The notes under the pieces: generated by a model
Databases searched by the model: none
Told to the model about the DNA's origin: nothing
What the model saw: only the letters and a program-made list of their open reading frames with translations
Translations under genes and position numbers: made by a program
Source of the DNA: an uncultured virus (IMG/VR IMGVR_UViG_3300021959_000014)
Lineage: Duplodnaviria; Heunggongvirae; Uroviricota; Caudoviricetes
Strand: one strand, 5' to 3'
Virus record (IMG/VR): IMGVR_UViG_3300021959_000014
Length of the DNA stretch: 64,000 bases
In this document: piece by piece, positions 21,701-31,419 of the stretch
Layout of the letters: every line of letters begins with the position of its first letter
How positions within the stretch are numbered: the first letter of the stretch is position 1

Positions 21701-22854
21701 ACCTCTAGTACCGTGTATACACTATTGCCAATAGCTACCCTATCACCTGCTTTGTATTGGTTATTTTCAGATCTTACACTTATTGATGTTTTATTTCCTG
21801 TAAATCTACTTTTTGATCTACCGTGGTCTTTTTGATAAACTCTTCTTGTAATTGCTCCTTGAGTATGTGTTACAGTTCCTACGGGAGTAAACTTCTTTTT
21901 AACTATTAAATTATTTCCATTTACTGCACAAACTTCAAAAGTTTCGTCTTCATCTTTGACTACGTTATTATGAAAGTACGGGTAAATTGATCCTGTTGTA
22001 GTGTAGTAGTATGGTTCATAATCTGAGTTGGTGTTAATACCGTGTGTGCCTTGAACTTCTACATCATGTTTGCCGTATATTGATATATAATCTCCTGGTT
22101 CAAAATTACTTCCGTTTGCTACTGGTATAATTCCGCTTCCTGTATTAACTGATGTAGAAACTGTAGTTCTTGTTCTAAGGTCCGAAGATCCTGATATATT
22201 AATTGAGCAGTATACGTCGTCTTCTAAGTGTATTAAACTACTGTTTCTTTCTGTTGAACCTGTTAATATAGCATTTGATTGATCAAACATTTCAAAACAT
22301 GCATCTGCTATTCCTACAAAAGCATCTTCTGGATCAGAATCTAATGCTAAAGTTGCAGTATCTTTTACGGTAAATTTTGCGTGGTCTCTAAGATAAACTC
22401 TACCTACATGCCAGGTACTGGAACCAGAAACATAAATATGTGTATGGTCCATTCTAAATACTGGGGCATCATTTTTTAAGTAGCCATATGCTTTATCGTC
22501 GTCAACACTTCCTGATTCAGAAGTAGACCATTCTCTAAAGCTGTGGTCTATAGAGCATGAGTTAAAGTAGTCATCTCCATTAATTGTATCATAATCTACT
22601 TTAATTATGTTTTGAGATAAATAAGTGTACGTATAAAATGAACCAGAAGTAGCCGGGAATCCTGAGGTTGTATCTACTCTTATTTCCGACTTGGTACCTT
22701 CCCATGGGAGATATCCGTTTCCAAAATTAATTTGGGTAAAACTGGACTCTATATACGCTCTATCGGTTTTGCCGGGTACAACTCCTCCTACCCAAGCAGT
22801 AGGATCATCCCAGTGTTTTATTCCAGCGTTTTTTACTGTAAGTATTGTTGCCAT
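18745..22854 (-). CDS. Large carbohydrate-binding/spike-like protein with F5/8 type C (discoidin)-like domain (1369 aa)
   Basis: N-terminal WDDPTAWVGGVVP (G8-like start); IDLNLG..IDAVGL..IEYSTDGHTWS..ARFLRIRL discoidin signature; Asn/Tyr-rich beta-helix-like C-terminal part. Confidence 0.65.
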   Translation of the reverse strand: MATILTVKNAGIKHWDDPTAWVGGVVPGKTDRAYIESSFTQINFGNGYLPWEGTKSEIRVDTTSGFPATSGSFYTYTYLSQNIIKVDYDTINGDDYFNSCSIDHSFREWSTSESGSVDDDKAYGYLKNDAPVFRMDHTHIYVSGSSTWHVGRVYLRDHAKFTVKDTATLALDSDPEDAFVGIADACFEMFDQSNAILTGSTERNSSLIHLEDDVYCSINISGSSDLRTRTTVSTSVNTGSGIIPVANGSNFEPGDYISIYGKHDVEVQGTHGINTNSDYEPYYYTTTGSIYPYFHNNVVKDEDETFEVCAVNGNNLIVKKKFTPVGTVTHTQGAITRRVYQKDHGRSKSRFTGNKTSISVRSENNQYKAGDRVAIGNSVYTVLEVADKLIPFKTVDFVNGDNLDDFWVDEFIGSGSTNEIKCNSGFITGSTGLQMSGSLVGTSNYYKSLFMKDMKLRDLKVTLTCSQVDDSGNWNGDRMAGVSICEEPYNRDRVLSFYNRYTYAKASYIGIYSDDVYYGSRVDHWSRLDGDDLINTPNISSGMREGEVTVEINALRENVDFTYQGQYLNSSVINRKAGSVAIHLRREGSSIKKLIVEEYVQELVLDTTDSISVGSKVHLTGTEVLHPSGQEVVKIASTITDMRGYENIPSKFAKGKDLTDCVVPVLWSNNGNQNRYRTSSTSSDRARLDSLFSDLNHYDYYLRLDSSNQSFIDLNLGKEVDIDAVGLAHFYNLPSHYPATYPKGVGIEYSTDGHTWSVARAQADDTRLSNQGADYRIYQFSEITARFLRIRLNGASNTSNNRIVAMGFYKFDGRGSSIELNNTSDLAVGDTITFMNPQGIRAGGYIASHHRNNYRSAVLAGTKTASDYPGGITLHYTITAKTGNVITLDRLIEGYEIHPDTLVVKLDRGITVKSQAGISNCIPFGGFYSDSTSNPCYINIENASFLSLGSNSRERMYFYRHPYVGKYNVSNNAFHYIEPGSPYFNNSGMVRKNNAWINASSFSNRGSRMHSDHKTHGEISTSYNYQFKNVHATSDYYSGNIIDAGRYMYINSHSTPYEGGSNRLTIRNNYFTFQDYVNFQLGADHGRETAPKNNTNIYDNVERQGSGYRRTYNDHYGVHSNPNNRIESTKYYPFTYPNGFRWYSEANILDYQSMGTDYHEMSPIIGKDYVSNRNLLVDNGRRLIIQNKDKKNQYDMVNISLNRAAPMIMSANFSVYEEQEIRVQQKMTYKTPFGQYYDNYLGSTTSTNKDIKGVLLYQDRTVTIQAAPISLTFTDFTFDYSFTAKPGNYLYMLLNRNRAYCQTLFTFKDMSFNVTGTIPNKVFISQNLFKEHKVLRRPDKIALADYSGKQKVPKKLGSRTTVKLRKFKF

Positions 22855-22863
22855 TAAGTTTAC

Positions 22864-23142
22864 TTAGTTTAATTTTATTAACAGGTTTTTTAAAAGCTCT
22901 AAAGAGTCATTTAAATCTTGGATTTGATTAATACTTAGTTCCTCGTTTTCCCTTTCGACTTCACCTTCTAGTATATTTAATTCCGTCTCTATCATAGTTA
23001 TTTTTTCTTCTATATCACCTATATCATAAGCTATTGTTACATTAAGTGTTACGTTCTTATTAACTGAATCAATGGTATAGCTACTGTAGTTATCCATTAT
23101 AATTTGAAGTGCTTGTTGTTTTTCTGAGATATATTTAATCAT
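22864..23142 (-). CDS. Small acidic coiled-coil protein (possible fiber chaperone)
   Basis: 92-aa ORF translationally coupled (TAATG) to the upstream fiber; heptad-like C-terminus. Confidence 0.6.
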   Translation of the reverse strand: MIKYISEKQQALQIIMDNYSSYTIDSVNKNVTLNVTIAYDIGDIEEKITMIETELNILEGEVERENEELSINQIQDLNDSLELLKNLLIKLN

Positions 23143-26100
23143 TATGATAAAGATTTATAAGTTAAAACTGATCCTTGTGGGATATTCATCAATACTCTGA
23201 TAGTAGTTGTTGTTACTTCTTCAAAGTCTATTGTTCTATTTAGTCTAATTCCATCTAAGAAGATTTCTAGGTATTCATATCCTCCTGATGATATTGTGTA
23301 TGTTAGCGAGTTTGGTAATGTTACAACGGCGTTTTCTGCTAAATCAGCAGCTAATGCGGAATACTCAACTTTTGGTGCAAATTTTACTATATTACTTTCT
23401 ACTACATTTCCGTTAGTATCAACTTGAAGAGTTTTAGTAGCTGTTCCTGTATGTGTTCCTGATCCGTACTGGTTAAATCTTGCTGCTCCAAGAGCATTGA
23501 TACTAAATCTTTCAATTAACGTATTACCTGTATTTGCTGTTTTTAGTACAAAGTTTCCTCCGTTAGTATTATTACCATATGGTGCAGCATACATTGCTGC
23601 TTTTATTTGACTCTGTCCAGATGAATTAGTTGCGTTAAATCGTAAATCGTAGCTTGACTGAGAGTTTCCAGATGTATGGTTTAATTGAATGTTTCCTTGA
23701 ACTGTTAATTTTTGAGGGGTTAAAGTAGTTCCAACTCCTACATTTCCTCCATTAGGTTGTAATGTTAATCCATAGTATGCAGATTGTGTTTTTGTAGAAG
23801 ATTGAAGCCATGAGTTTCCGGATCCTAAAATACCAGCAAATAAACCATAACCCTCTTCGTTCTTTTGAATCGAGAATAATGCATCTGCTGCGGTGCTTGT
23901 ATTACCTCCAGATATTTGAAATTTACTAGATGGTGTTCTTGTTCCAACTCCTAAATCTCCTCCGTAAGTCTGTAATGATAATGTTCCTGAATTACCACTA
24001 CCTACGGTTGTTTGTAATTGATAATGCCCATCTTGATCGTCAAATCTTCTAAGGTACATTCCATCATTGGTACCGTTAACTATTGAAACAGGACTGTTTC
24101 CAGCACTTATAGTTAGTTTAGCAGTACCTCCAACAGTGCTTAATGTTTCTGTTCCTATACCAACATTTCCTCCGTTGGCCATAAGGAACATATTTCCATT
24201 ATCTTGTATCTTAAATGAAGAAGCACCACGTGTATAATCATGTATTGAATAATCGTTACCACTTGTTTTAAATAGTTCCCATTTTGCAGTACCATTGTCT
24301 GCAAGAATTATACCACTTTCTTCTCCTCCGGCTCCGTCTTGATTAGAGTCAATGTAAAGAAAAGCGTTATCAGTATTTGATGTAATTTTTAATGTCGTAT
24401 TACCTGTTGCTTTATACAACTGTAATAAACTATCTGGAGTTGTTGTCCCTATACCTACATTACCTTGGTAGTCTACTCTAAATTTTTCAGCAAGTGTAGT
24501 AGGTGTTGAACCACTGACTGTGGCGGCGTTGTTTGTATATACTACAAAAGCACCAGAGCCTTCTTTTTCTTGACTATCAGCATTGGCGTTTCTTCCTACT
24601 TCTGCTCCAATTCTTACTTGTGGTGTTTCATTGTCATTAGCATCTCTTAAGATAAAGTCAATAAAACTCTTTTGTTGCTGTAAATCGGATCCTACATTAT
24701 TCTCTAAATTTAGTAAAGTTGTACCGGTAGAACTTGTTGAAGTGTTTGATTCTTTGTATATATGTAGTGGTGAAGTTGGTGTACTTATTCCAATACCTAC
24801 GCTTCCTTGTGTAGTTACAATACCTGAGTCTTTTACACCTAAAGTTAATGTGTTTGCTGTAGCTACATTACCTACAATTGTTGTAGTGTTAGAAGCATTC
24901 GTAACAGTAGTAACCAGGTGTCCATTATTATTAGTATCTCTTATAGTATCTGATATTACCCTAGTTGCTTTAACGTTACCGGTAACTTCTAGTTTTTCAG
25001 AAATAGCAGATGTTCCTGTACCAATACCAAGATTACCATCATCATCAAGAATCATTTTATAGTTAGAATCAGTGCTATTAAAAAATGCTAGACCTGCAGT
25101 TATTTTACCTATTATAAAATCATCTCCGTTTCCTACAAACTCTATTCCTGGAGCTCCTCCGGTAAGTTTTATTCCGTCAAAACCGTTACCTATATCTGCC
25201 CCATATTTAAAGCTGTCTGATCCGTCTATTATATGTAATTTATGTGTTGGTGTGGTAGTGCCAATTCCTAATGCTCCACTAGGTATTAGTACATCTCCAT
25301 TTCCTCTAAATCTTAATTCATCTCTACTATCAGTTAAGTTATAGAAACCTAAACCTGCGCTATGAGATAATGCTATTCTATATGAATCGTGGTTCTCTCT
25401 TTCTAATCTTATATGATTAGCAGTAGAAGATGATAGGTGTAGTTTGTAGCTTGTGCCAGTTAAACTGTGATGACCTATCCCTACAGATGTATTAAATGTA
25501 ACGGGTGCTGCTCCACTTCCGTTAATAAAGAAAGCGGCAGTATTTGATCCTCCTGCTGATTGTCCGAACCTTAATTGATTACCTAGGTTCCAAATCTGGA
25601 AGGTGTTATGTACTCCGCTGTAAGTATCTGTAAGATCTATTCTTGGGTACTTACGTTTACCATGAAATACTTTGTATGTATCATTATCTGCTGCACCTTC
25701 AACTAAAACATAGTTTGATGTTGTAGATGTATCTCCTGATCTTATTATGCCGTTAACATCTAATTTATGGCTAGGTGTTTTTCCTATTCCTACACTAGAG
25801 CTTAATGCCATAATAACATCAGCTGATCCTGACATTATTGAAATAGACCCTGTTGACGGTATACCGAAGTTAATACCTTTGTTACCCAATAGCATCAACG
25901 CTTGTGAATTTGATCCTGGGAAATGGTATCCTGAGTTGTGCCATCCAATTCTACCTAAGCCTACAGAGCCAGAAAGGAATTTCATGGAACTATGTTCTGC
26001 TACCGAGCTTATTAATTCTAATGTATCGTATCCGGCATTACTAAGTCTTACCTTGTTACTAAAGTACTTAAGGTTACTAGTTGCCGTTACAGTATCTGTA

Positions 26101-29100
26101 TCTGACCATATTGCTAGTGATTGAGATATACCTGATCCGTCTATACCGGCAGCAGTAGGTACTACCTCTATAACCTTACCTGAAGAATCAACTCCTAATG
26201 ATTTTGCTAATGTGCCTGTGTGCGTACCTGATCCGTAGTCTGTAAGTGTTATACTGTTATTATCATTTACGCTAATACCCTCTCCTCCATCATTTACAAC
26301 CTCAAGTCCGTTTCCATCTCTAGCAGATATTTTCCTTGTTGATATAATGTACGAGTTAGCAGAGGTAGTTATATTTCCGGCTACTGTAAGACCTGTGTAA
26401 GGGGAAGTAGTACCTATACCTACATAACCTTCTGCAGAAATAGTCATTCTAGTTTGAGGAGTTGCATCAGTATTTTCAGAAGTCTTAAATCTCAGTTCTC
26501 CTTCAGGGCCTGATGCTGCTCCAGTCCCACTGTATGTTTCAATCTCTGTTAAAGCTCTTGCTCCTGGTGATGTAGTATCTGATGTGCTGAACTGTATTCT
26601 ACTTACTGTTACATCGTCCCATTCTCCAACATTTAAGTTACGTTTATCTCTTAGTATTAATGTAGGTGTAGTATCTACAATTTCTAACTTAGCTTCTGGG
26701 CTATCTGTTCCTAGTCCTAATTGACCATCTTGATCTATTCTAGCTGTCTCTGTTCCTCTATTTTTAAATATTATATTTCTATACCCGTCTCCACTGTTTG
26801 AATCACTGTCTGCATTTAATGTTAAATTTACTATAGAGTTTATAGTATTAGCAGTGGTGCCAGTAAGTCTTATATTCCCATATACATCTGTATGGTTAAG
26901 TGATGAAGTTGCTGTACTTATTGTTGTTGTTAATTGGGAAGAAGAGTTAAATAGTATTAATCTAGAATCATTAGTATACCCACCTGACAGTGTTGCGTAG
27001 TTTAAATCATCAAAGTTTTGACCAACGCCATTGTAACTGTCTTTAAAATTGACTACATGGGTATAATTACCTCCTTTAATTGTTAATTGAGCATTTTGTA
27101 TTGATGCTGAATTGGATGTGTAAATATAATTTTTATTAGCACCATTATTTAGTGCCAATCGTTGGTCGTAATTGGTGTTATTATATCCTACTTCTAAATC
27201 TCCTTCGGCTCTAATATCCCCACTTGCACTTATATTTCCAGCTACATGAAGTTTTTCACTAGGACTATCCGTTCCGATCCCGACGTTACCTGAGCTAGAA
27301 ATAAACATTCTAGCACTTGTTAGAGTCTTAAATGTTATACCGCCAGCACCTGTATTTTGAATAGTTTGTGTTGCTCCTGTGGAAGATATCCAGTTATTAT
27401 AATTTATATAATTACTGCTATTATCTTTCCAAAGGTAAATCTTACCGCTATTTTTTAATCTTACATCTCCATCAATTCCAACACTACCTGTAAAGTCGTG
27501 ATTATCATCTGATGTATCTCCAAACTTAGTTGAACCTGATTCGTATATTATACTAGAAGATACAAATTCAGTGTGGAATTCCTGTGCTGTTACGGTGCCA
27601 TCCACTGTTAAGTTTCCTGCTACTGTCTGATTTCCGTATACTTTAAATTCAGTTGAATTAAAGTGGGCTAGTATGTTATTATAATCTCCGTTACCGTCGC
27701 TATCTCTAAGTACATATAGATGGTCACTATTTAATCCAATATGGTACCCTTCTGTATTTCCTTGATCTTTGAAGTATACAGCTGGGTTTTGAGCTTCTAA
27801 GTAAAGCGTTCTCCATTCTGCACCACCTGATATGTGTAGAGGTGCTAAAGGTGCTTGAACGCCCATACCAACGAATCCAGAATCTCCTTCTAATTTCATT
27901 ACTCTAGATGAACTATAGTTGAATACTATATCACCTGTCATACTATGGTAGGTTGGATCTCCAGCTGTTATTACGACTGTTCCTTTGTCTGCTGCTGTGT
28001 CTGAGTCTCTTTGTCCTAGTTTTATAAATGACCCGTTTGAAGAATTTATATTTCTAGGTGCCATGTAAAGGTTTCCATCACCTGATCCTGCTCCGTGTGG
28101 GTAACCCCAAAGTCCATACCTATTACTATTACTCCCCTGTCCTATATTTACTCCAGCAAAGCCACGAGCATATATATTACCGTTACTTGTAAGGTCTTGA
28201 AAGAATCTAGAACCTGATGCAGCAGTAGTGTATGTTGAAGAGTAATGTGCTCCGTGAGTTCTATATGTATGTACTCCATCGTCTTCTTGAGAGTAATGGT
28301 ATAGAATTGTCCCATTAGCAGCAGACCCTATATTTACTGTTCCTGTTCCGTTAGGTACTAGTTCTAATGGCTGGTTTGAAGTTGTTCGTATACTACCGGT
28401 TTGGGATTGTGGTAGGAATGTGAAAGAACCTGATAGTTGTATATTTTTACCGTAAGTAGAAGTTCCTCCTACCTTTATTACAGCATCTCTATAATCATTC
28501 TGAGTAGAAACTATCGATATATCGTTGCCGCCGTTACCTTCGTGGGTTATATTTAGTGTACGGTTATTATCACCGGCGCTTACTGTAAATTTATGATCAT
28601 CACCGTTTAAGAAGTTTATTGCTGGGCTTGTCCCGGATCCGTCGTCTAGTGTTATTTGATTAGAAAATGTTTTTATACCAGATATTGTCTGATTAGTACT
28701 TTTGGTTACCATATCAGATATATCAGCAGATGATATCCCTCCTATATCAGCTAGTACTTGAGATCCTGATCTATATTTTACAGTACCTGCATCTGAAACT
28801 AAGAATTTATCTGTATCAGATGTTGCATTGTCTACTGTATGTATTGTAACTGATCCGCTTGTTACTATATCTCCTTTTGAGTATATTCCATTTGTAGGGA
28901 AGCTATCTGAGAAGTCATTGGTAACTCCTAATCCTCCTACTTTAATGTTTTTAGCAGATCCTCCAGATGCAAAAAATCCTAAGTAACTAGAATATGTTCT
29001 AATTCTTGTTTCACTACCTCCAAGGTAAAAGTTATCTCCTCCTAGGTATAGGTTACCGCTACCGCTTATATTTCCTGCTACTGTTAGTTTTTCTGGGGCA

Positions 29101-29927
29101 AAACCAGATCCTATCTGTAATTTACCTTCAGAACTTAAAGTCATTTGAACTTCCGCTGACGTAGTGCTATTATCATTAGTTAAAAATTGTAATGCACTAC
29201 TACCAAAATCTTGAGTATCGGGACCTGTATCTCTTATACCTCTAATTCTACTACCACTATATTGGCTATTATGGTCTAAAATTAAATCTGAAGTTGCGTT
29301 TGCACCCCTAATTCTAATATCACCACCATCAACATGTAATTTATCTATAGGTGTAGTTGTTCCTATACCTACTTTACCAGAATCTAATACAATATTTCCC
29401 GATCTAGCACGAAAAGCATAATGGGTTGCGGATAAAGCGTTAGTAAGACCTGGGTCATAATCAATACCTGTGATTGATCCTGATTGGTTTGTCCCTGTTT
29501 GGTTTACAGTTCCGTCTACCTTTATATAGGTGTAATCAGCAGCTAATGTATTTTGGTTGTAACCTCCATTTACATTTAATGCAGTGTAGTTTACAGTTCT
29601 TGCTTGATTTAAAAAGGCTTTAAGTCTAAATGCTGATGTATCAGAGGTATTTAGTGCTCCTCCTGCTGTGAATCTAAGAGTTCTGTTTGAACCTTCAGCG
29701 TGTATTGATTGCCCTGTCCAGGTTCCACCGGTAGCGTTGTTAACAACCTCTATATTACCGAGTCTTGCGACTCTTGAGTTTGTCCCTTCAGAGGCTATTA
29801 AAGATCCTCCTGTATAGGTGTCTGTTCCTATCCTAACTTGAGTTCCAAAGGAACCAGTTGAGTTGACTACAATCGAATTTAAGTTAGCATCAGACCCGCT
29901 AACTATGAGTTTTTTCCAGTTTGGCAT
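23142..29927 (-). CDS. Long tail fiber protein with about 15 GxVGIGT-type repeats (2261 aa)
   Basis: MPNWKKLIVSGS N-terminus; many GNVGIGTxxP units; YGSGTHTGT module twice; C-terminal LEIFLDGIRL..DFEE beta domain. Confidence 0.8.
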   Translation of the reverse strand: MPNWKKLIVSGSDANLNSIVVNSTGSFGTQVRIGTDTYTGGSLIASEGTNSRVARLGNIEVVNNATGGTWTGQSIHAEGSNRTLRFTAGGALNTSDTSAFRLKAFLNQARTVNYTALNVNGGYNQNTLAADYTYIKVDGTVNQTGTNQSGSITGIDYDPGLTNALSATHYAFRARSGNIVLDSGKVGIGTTTPIDKLHVDGGDIRIRGANATSDLILDHNSQYSGSRIRGIRDTGPDTQDFGSSALQFLTNDNSTTSAEVQMTLSSEGKLQIGSGFAPEKLTVAGNISGSGNLYLGGDNFYLGGSETRIRTYSSYLGFFASGGSAKNIKVGGLGVTNDFSDSFPTNGIYSKGDIVTSGSVTIHTVDNATSDTDKFLVSDAGTVKYRSGSQVLADIGGISSADISDMVTKSTNQTISGIKTFSNQITLDDGSGTSPAINFLNGDDHKFTVSAGDNNRTLNITHEGNGGNDISIVSTQNDYRDAVIKVGGTSTYGKNIQLSGSFTFLPQSQTGSIRTTSNQPLELVPNGTGTVNIGSAANGTILYHYSQEDDGVHTYRTHGAHYSSTYTTAASGSRFFQDLTSNGNIYARGFAGVNIGQGSNSNRYGLWGYPHGAGSGDGNLYMAPRNINSSNGSFIKLGQRDSDTAADKGTVVITAGDPTYHSMTGDIVFNYSSSRVMKLEGDSGFVGMGVQAPLAPLHISGGAEWRTLYLEAQNPAVYFKDQGNTEGYHIGLNSDHLYVLRDSDGNGDYNNILAHFNSTEFKVYGNQTVAGNLTVDGTVTAQEFHTEFVSSSIIYESGSTKFGDTSDDNHDFTGSVGIDGDVRLKNSGKIYLWKDNSSNYINYNNWISSTGATQTIQNTGAGGITFKTLTSARMFISSSGNVGIGTDSPSEKLHVAGNISASGDIRAEGDLEVGYNNTNYDQRLALNNGANKNYIYTSNSASIQNAQLTIKGGNYTHVVNFKDSYNGVGQNFDDLNYATLSGGYTNDSRLILFNSSSQLTTTISTATSSLNHTDVYGNIRLTGTTANTINSIVNLTLNADSDSNSGDGYRNIIFKNRGTETARIDQDGQLGLGTDSPEAKLEIVDTTPTLILRDKRNLNVGEWDDVTVSRIQFSTSDTTSPGARALTEIETYSGTGAASGPEGELRFKTSENTDATPQTRMTISAEGYVGIGTTSPYTGLTVAGNITTSANSYIISTRKISARDGNGLEVVNDGGEGISVNDNNSITLTDYGSGTHTGTLAKSLGVDSSGKVIEVVPTAAGIDGSGISQSLAIWSDTDTVTATSNLKYFSNKVRLSNAGYDTLELISSVAEHSSMKFLSGSVGLGRIGWHNSGYHFPGSNSQALMLLGNKGINFGIPSTGSISIMSGSADVIMALSSSVGIGKTPSHKLDVNGIIRSGDTSTTSNYVLVEGAADNDTYKVFHGKRKYPRIDLTDTYSGVHNTFQIWNLGNQLRFGQSAGGSNTAAFFINGSGAAPVTFNTSVGIGHHSLTGTSYKLHLSSSTANHIRLERENHDSYRIALSHSAGLGFYNLTDSRDELRFRGNGDVLIPSGALGIGTTTPTHKLHIIDGSDSFKYGADIGNGFDGIKLTGGAPGIEFVGNGDDFIIGKITAGLAFFNSTDSNYKMILDDDGNLGIGTGTSAISEKLEVTGNVKATRVISDTIRDTNNNGHLVTTVTNASNTTTIVGNVATANTLTLGVKDSGIVTTQGSVGIGISTPTSPLHIYKESNTSTSSTGTTLLNLENNVGSDLQQQKSFIDFILRDANDNETPQVRIGAEVGRNANADSQEKEGSGAFVVYTNNAATVSGSTPTTLAEKFRVDYQGNVGIGTTTPDSLLQLYKATGNTTLKITSNTDNAFLYIDSNQDGAGGEESGIILADNGTAKWELFKTSGNDYSIHDYTRGASSFKIQDNGNMFLMANGGNVGIGTETLSTVGGTAKLTISAGNSPVSIVNGTNDGMYLRRFDDQDGHYQLQTTVGSGNSGTLSLQTYGGDLGVGTRTPSSKFQISGGNTSTAADALFSIQKNEEGYGLFAGILGSGNSWLQSSTKTQSAYYGLTLQPNGGNVGVGTTLTPQKLTVQGNIQLNHTSGNSQSSYDLRFNATNSSGQSQIKAAMYAAPYGNNTNGGNFVLKTANTGNTLIERFSINALGAARFNQYGSGTHTGTATKTLQVDTNGNVVESNIVKFAPKVEYSALAADLAENAVVTLPNSLTYTISSGGYEYLEIFLDGIRLNRTIDFEEVTTTTIRVLMNIPQGSVLTYKSLS

Positions 29928-29993
29928 ATTCTAAACAATTACGGTTGGTTGCTCAATGTGAGTCCACTTCCCTTTCGGGCCTATAATATACGT
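29928..29993 (-). promoter_or_regulatory. GC-rich structured 5' leader (candidate cis-regulatory RNA)
   Basis: Transcript reads AGGCCCGAAAGGGAAGUGGACUCACAUUGAGCAACCAACCGU: a CCC-GAAA-GGG GNRA hairpin plus a CUCA-CAU-UGAG hairpin, between the TATTTAT motif and the ATG. Confidence 0.5.
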
Positions 29994-30001
29994 ATAAATA
30001 G
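29994..30001 (-). promoter_or_regulatory. Putative late promoter CTATTTAT
   Basis: Upstream of the structured leader of fiber 23142..29927. Confidence 0.6.
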
Positions 30002-30012
30002 CAAAGGAGACC

Positions 30013-30198
30013 TTAAGTCCCCTTTTTGCTTTCTAAATAGTGTAATGTTTCTGTTAGCTTTACCCAAACATTGTAAAAGTGTTCAAATTCTTCTCCAGTG
30101 TATGTTGCAATTCTCATTTTAGATAGAAGAAACTTAAGATCTTCTACTGTCAATTCTTGAGAACCTTTTGGTTTGGTAATTTTTGATAATATACCCAT
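30013..30198 (-). CDS. Small hypothetical protein (61 aa)
   Basis: ATG preceded by an A-rich leader; fills the gap between fiber genes; predicted helical. Confidence 0.65.
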   Translation of the reverse strand: MGILSKITKPKGSQELTVEDLKFLLSKMRIATYTGEEFEHFYNVWVKLTETLHYLESKKGT

Positions 30199-30242
30199 AT
30201 AACTTATTTTTTTATTATTTAATTAACTATTGTACTGTGTTA

Positions 30243-31370
30243 CTATGCCCAGATGTAAATGTCTCCACCTTCATGTTTAATGTTACCTACTTGTTCGTAT
30301 ACATCTGCTGTCATTGATGCATCTATATCAACTACTACTGCTGCATATGCTTCAGGAGTTGCTGTAGTTGCTTCTTTACCTAAGTTGTTAGCAAGTGACC
30401 ATCTATCTGCATTTCCATCAAAGTAGAATGCTGATCCAGATCCTGCTGATCCAGATTCTACGATTATACCACCTTCTCCTACTGGAGATACTGATCCTGA
30501 TCCTGCATTAACAAATATGAATTTATCTTCTACCTGTAGGTTTGCTGTATTAACTGTGGTTGTGTCTCCGTTTACAATTAAATCCCCTGTTACTGTTAAA
30601 TCTTGGGCGATTGTAATACTGTCTGTTAATTTAGATCCGTCTACTTTATTTGCTCCTATTGTTGCTACCCCTGCTGCAGAAATTGTAACATCTCCAGTAA
30701 CTGTACCAAATGTAGATCCTGTAATATAAGGAAGTAATGATCCTGAGTCAACACTAAATATTCTTGAATTTGCACCATCAAATGTTCCTGGTGCAGTTAA
30801 ACCAGCTCCTGCTGATAAAGCATTAGGTACTTTTAATACAGATAATGTATTTGAAGAAACTTCTATTGTAGTGGTATCTGCAACGTTTGTATTTAACATT
30901 GTACCTTCTACTGCTCCTGCTCCAATTACGGATGCTCCTGCTGCTGAAATTGTTACGTCTCCGGCTACTTCGTCAAATATGTTTTTATATAACTGGCCGT
31001 AAGTAATTTTTTTCTCTGTTCCACCATCAGAAACTACAAATAAGTCACCGTCTACTAAACTGGTGTTACTCATACCTGTATTAGCTAAAGCATCAATATC
31101 TAATGCTATACCGGTTAAGCCAGATCCATCTCCTGTATGTTCTCCTGCGAAGGAACCTGTAAAGGAACCTGTTAGTGCTGAAGAGGCTCCAGTTGCAACT
31201 AAACTAGTTGCTCCAAAAGAGTATGTTGAAGAAGCGAATGTTATTCCACTGTTCTGAATTAACCCGCTAGTTCCACCTATCAGAACGGTTCCTGCTGTTA
31301 AATTGTCAGCTTTAACATTCGCTAATATAGCTTGTGATCCGCTAACAATTATCTTTTTCCAATTTGCCAT
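30243..31370 (-). CDS. Fiber/structural protein (375 aa) with MANWKKIIVSGS N-terminus
   Basis: Shares N-terminal motif with 23142..29927; GDVTISAAG repeat x2; LTVTGDLIVNGDTTTVNTANLQVEDKFI fiber module. Confidence 0.75.
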   Translation of the reverse strand: MANWKKIIVSGSQAILANVKADNLTAGTVLIGGTSGLIQNSGITFASSTYSFGATSLVATGASSALTGSFTGSFAGEHTGDGSGLTGIALDIDALANTGMSNTSLVDGDLFVVSDGGTEKKITYGQLYKNIFDEVAGDVTISAAGASVIGAGAVEGTMLNTNVADTTTIEVSSNTLSVLKVPNALSAGAGLTAPGTFDGANSRIFSVDSGSLLPYITGSTFGTVTGDVTISAAGVATIGANKVDGSKLTDSITIAQDLTVTGDLIVNGDTTTVNTANLQVEDKFIFVNAGSGSVSPVGEGGIIVESGSAGSGSAFYFDGNADRWSLANNLGKEATTATPEAYAAVVVDIDASMTADVYEQVGNIKHEGGDIYIWA

Positions 31371-31408
31371 GTTATAATTTTTTGTTTAAGTAATTGAGTC
31401 GTATAGTA

Positions 31409-31416
31409 ATAAATAT
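31409..31416 (-). promoter_or_regulatory. Putative late promoter ATATTTAT
   Basis: About 39 nt upstream of ATG 31370. Confidence 0.6.
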
Positions 31417-31419
31417 GGG

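Noticed and set aside
714..29927. Peptidase S74 intramolecular chaperone at fiber C-termini
   Set aside because: No SD.RLK.NI-type motif at the end of any of the three large fibers
29940..29985. c-di-GMP riboswitch or terminator interpretation of the fiber leader
   Set aside because: Has a GAAA tetraloop but lacks the other conserved riboswitch elements I would expect, and has no U-tract
714..31370. Diversity-generating retroelement or invertase shufflon acting on fiber/LamG genes
   Set aside because: No reverse transcriptase or recombinase in the window, no near-identical repeat pair differing only at adenines, and no inverted cassettes
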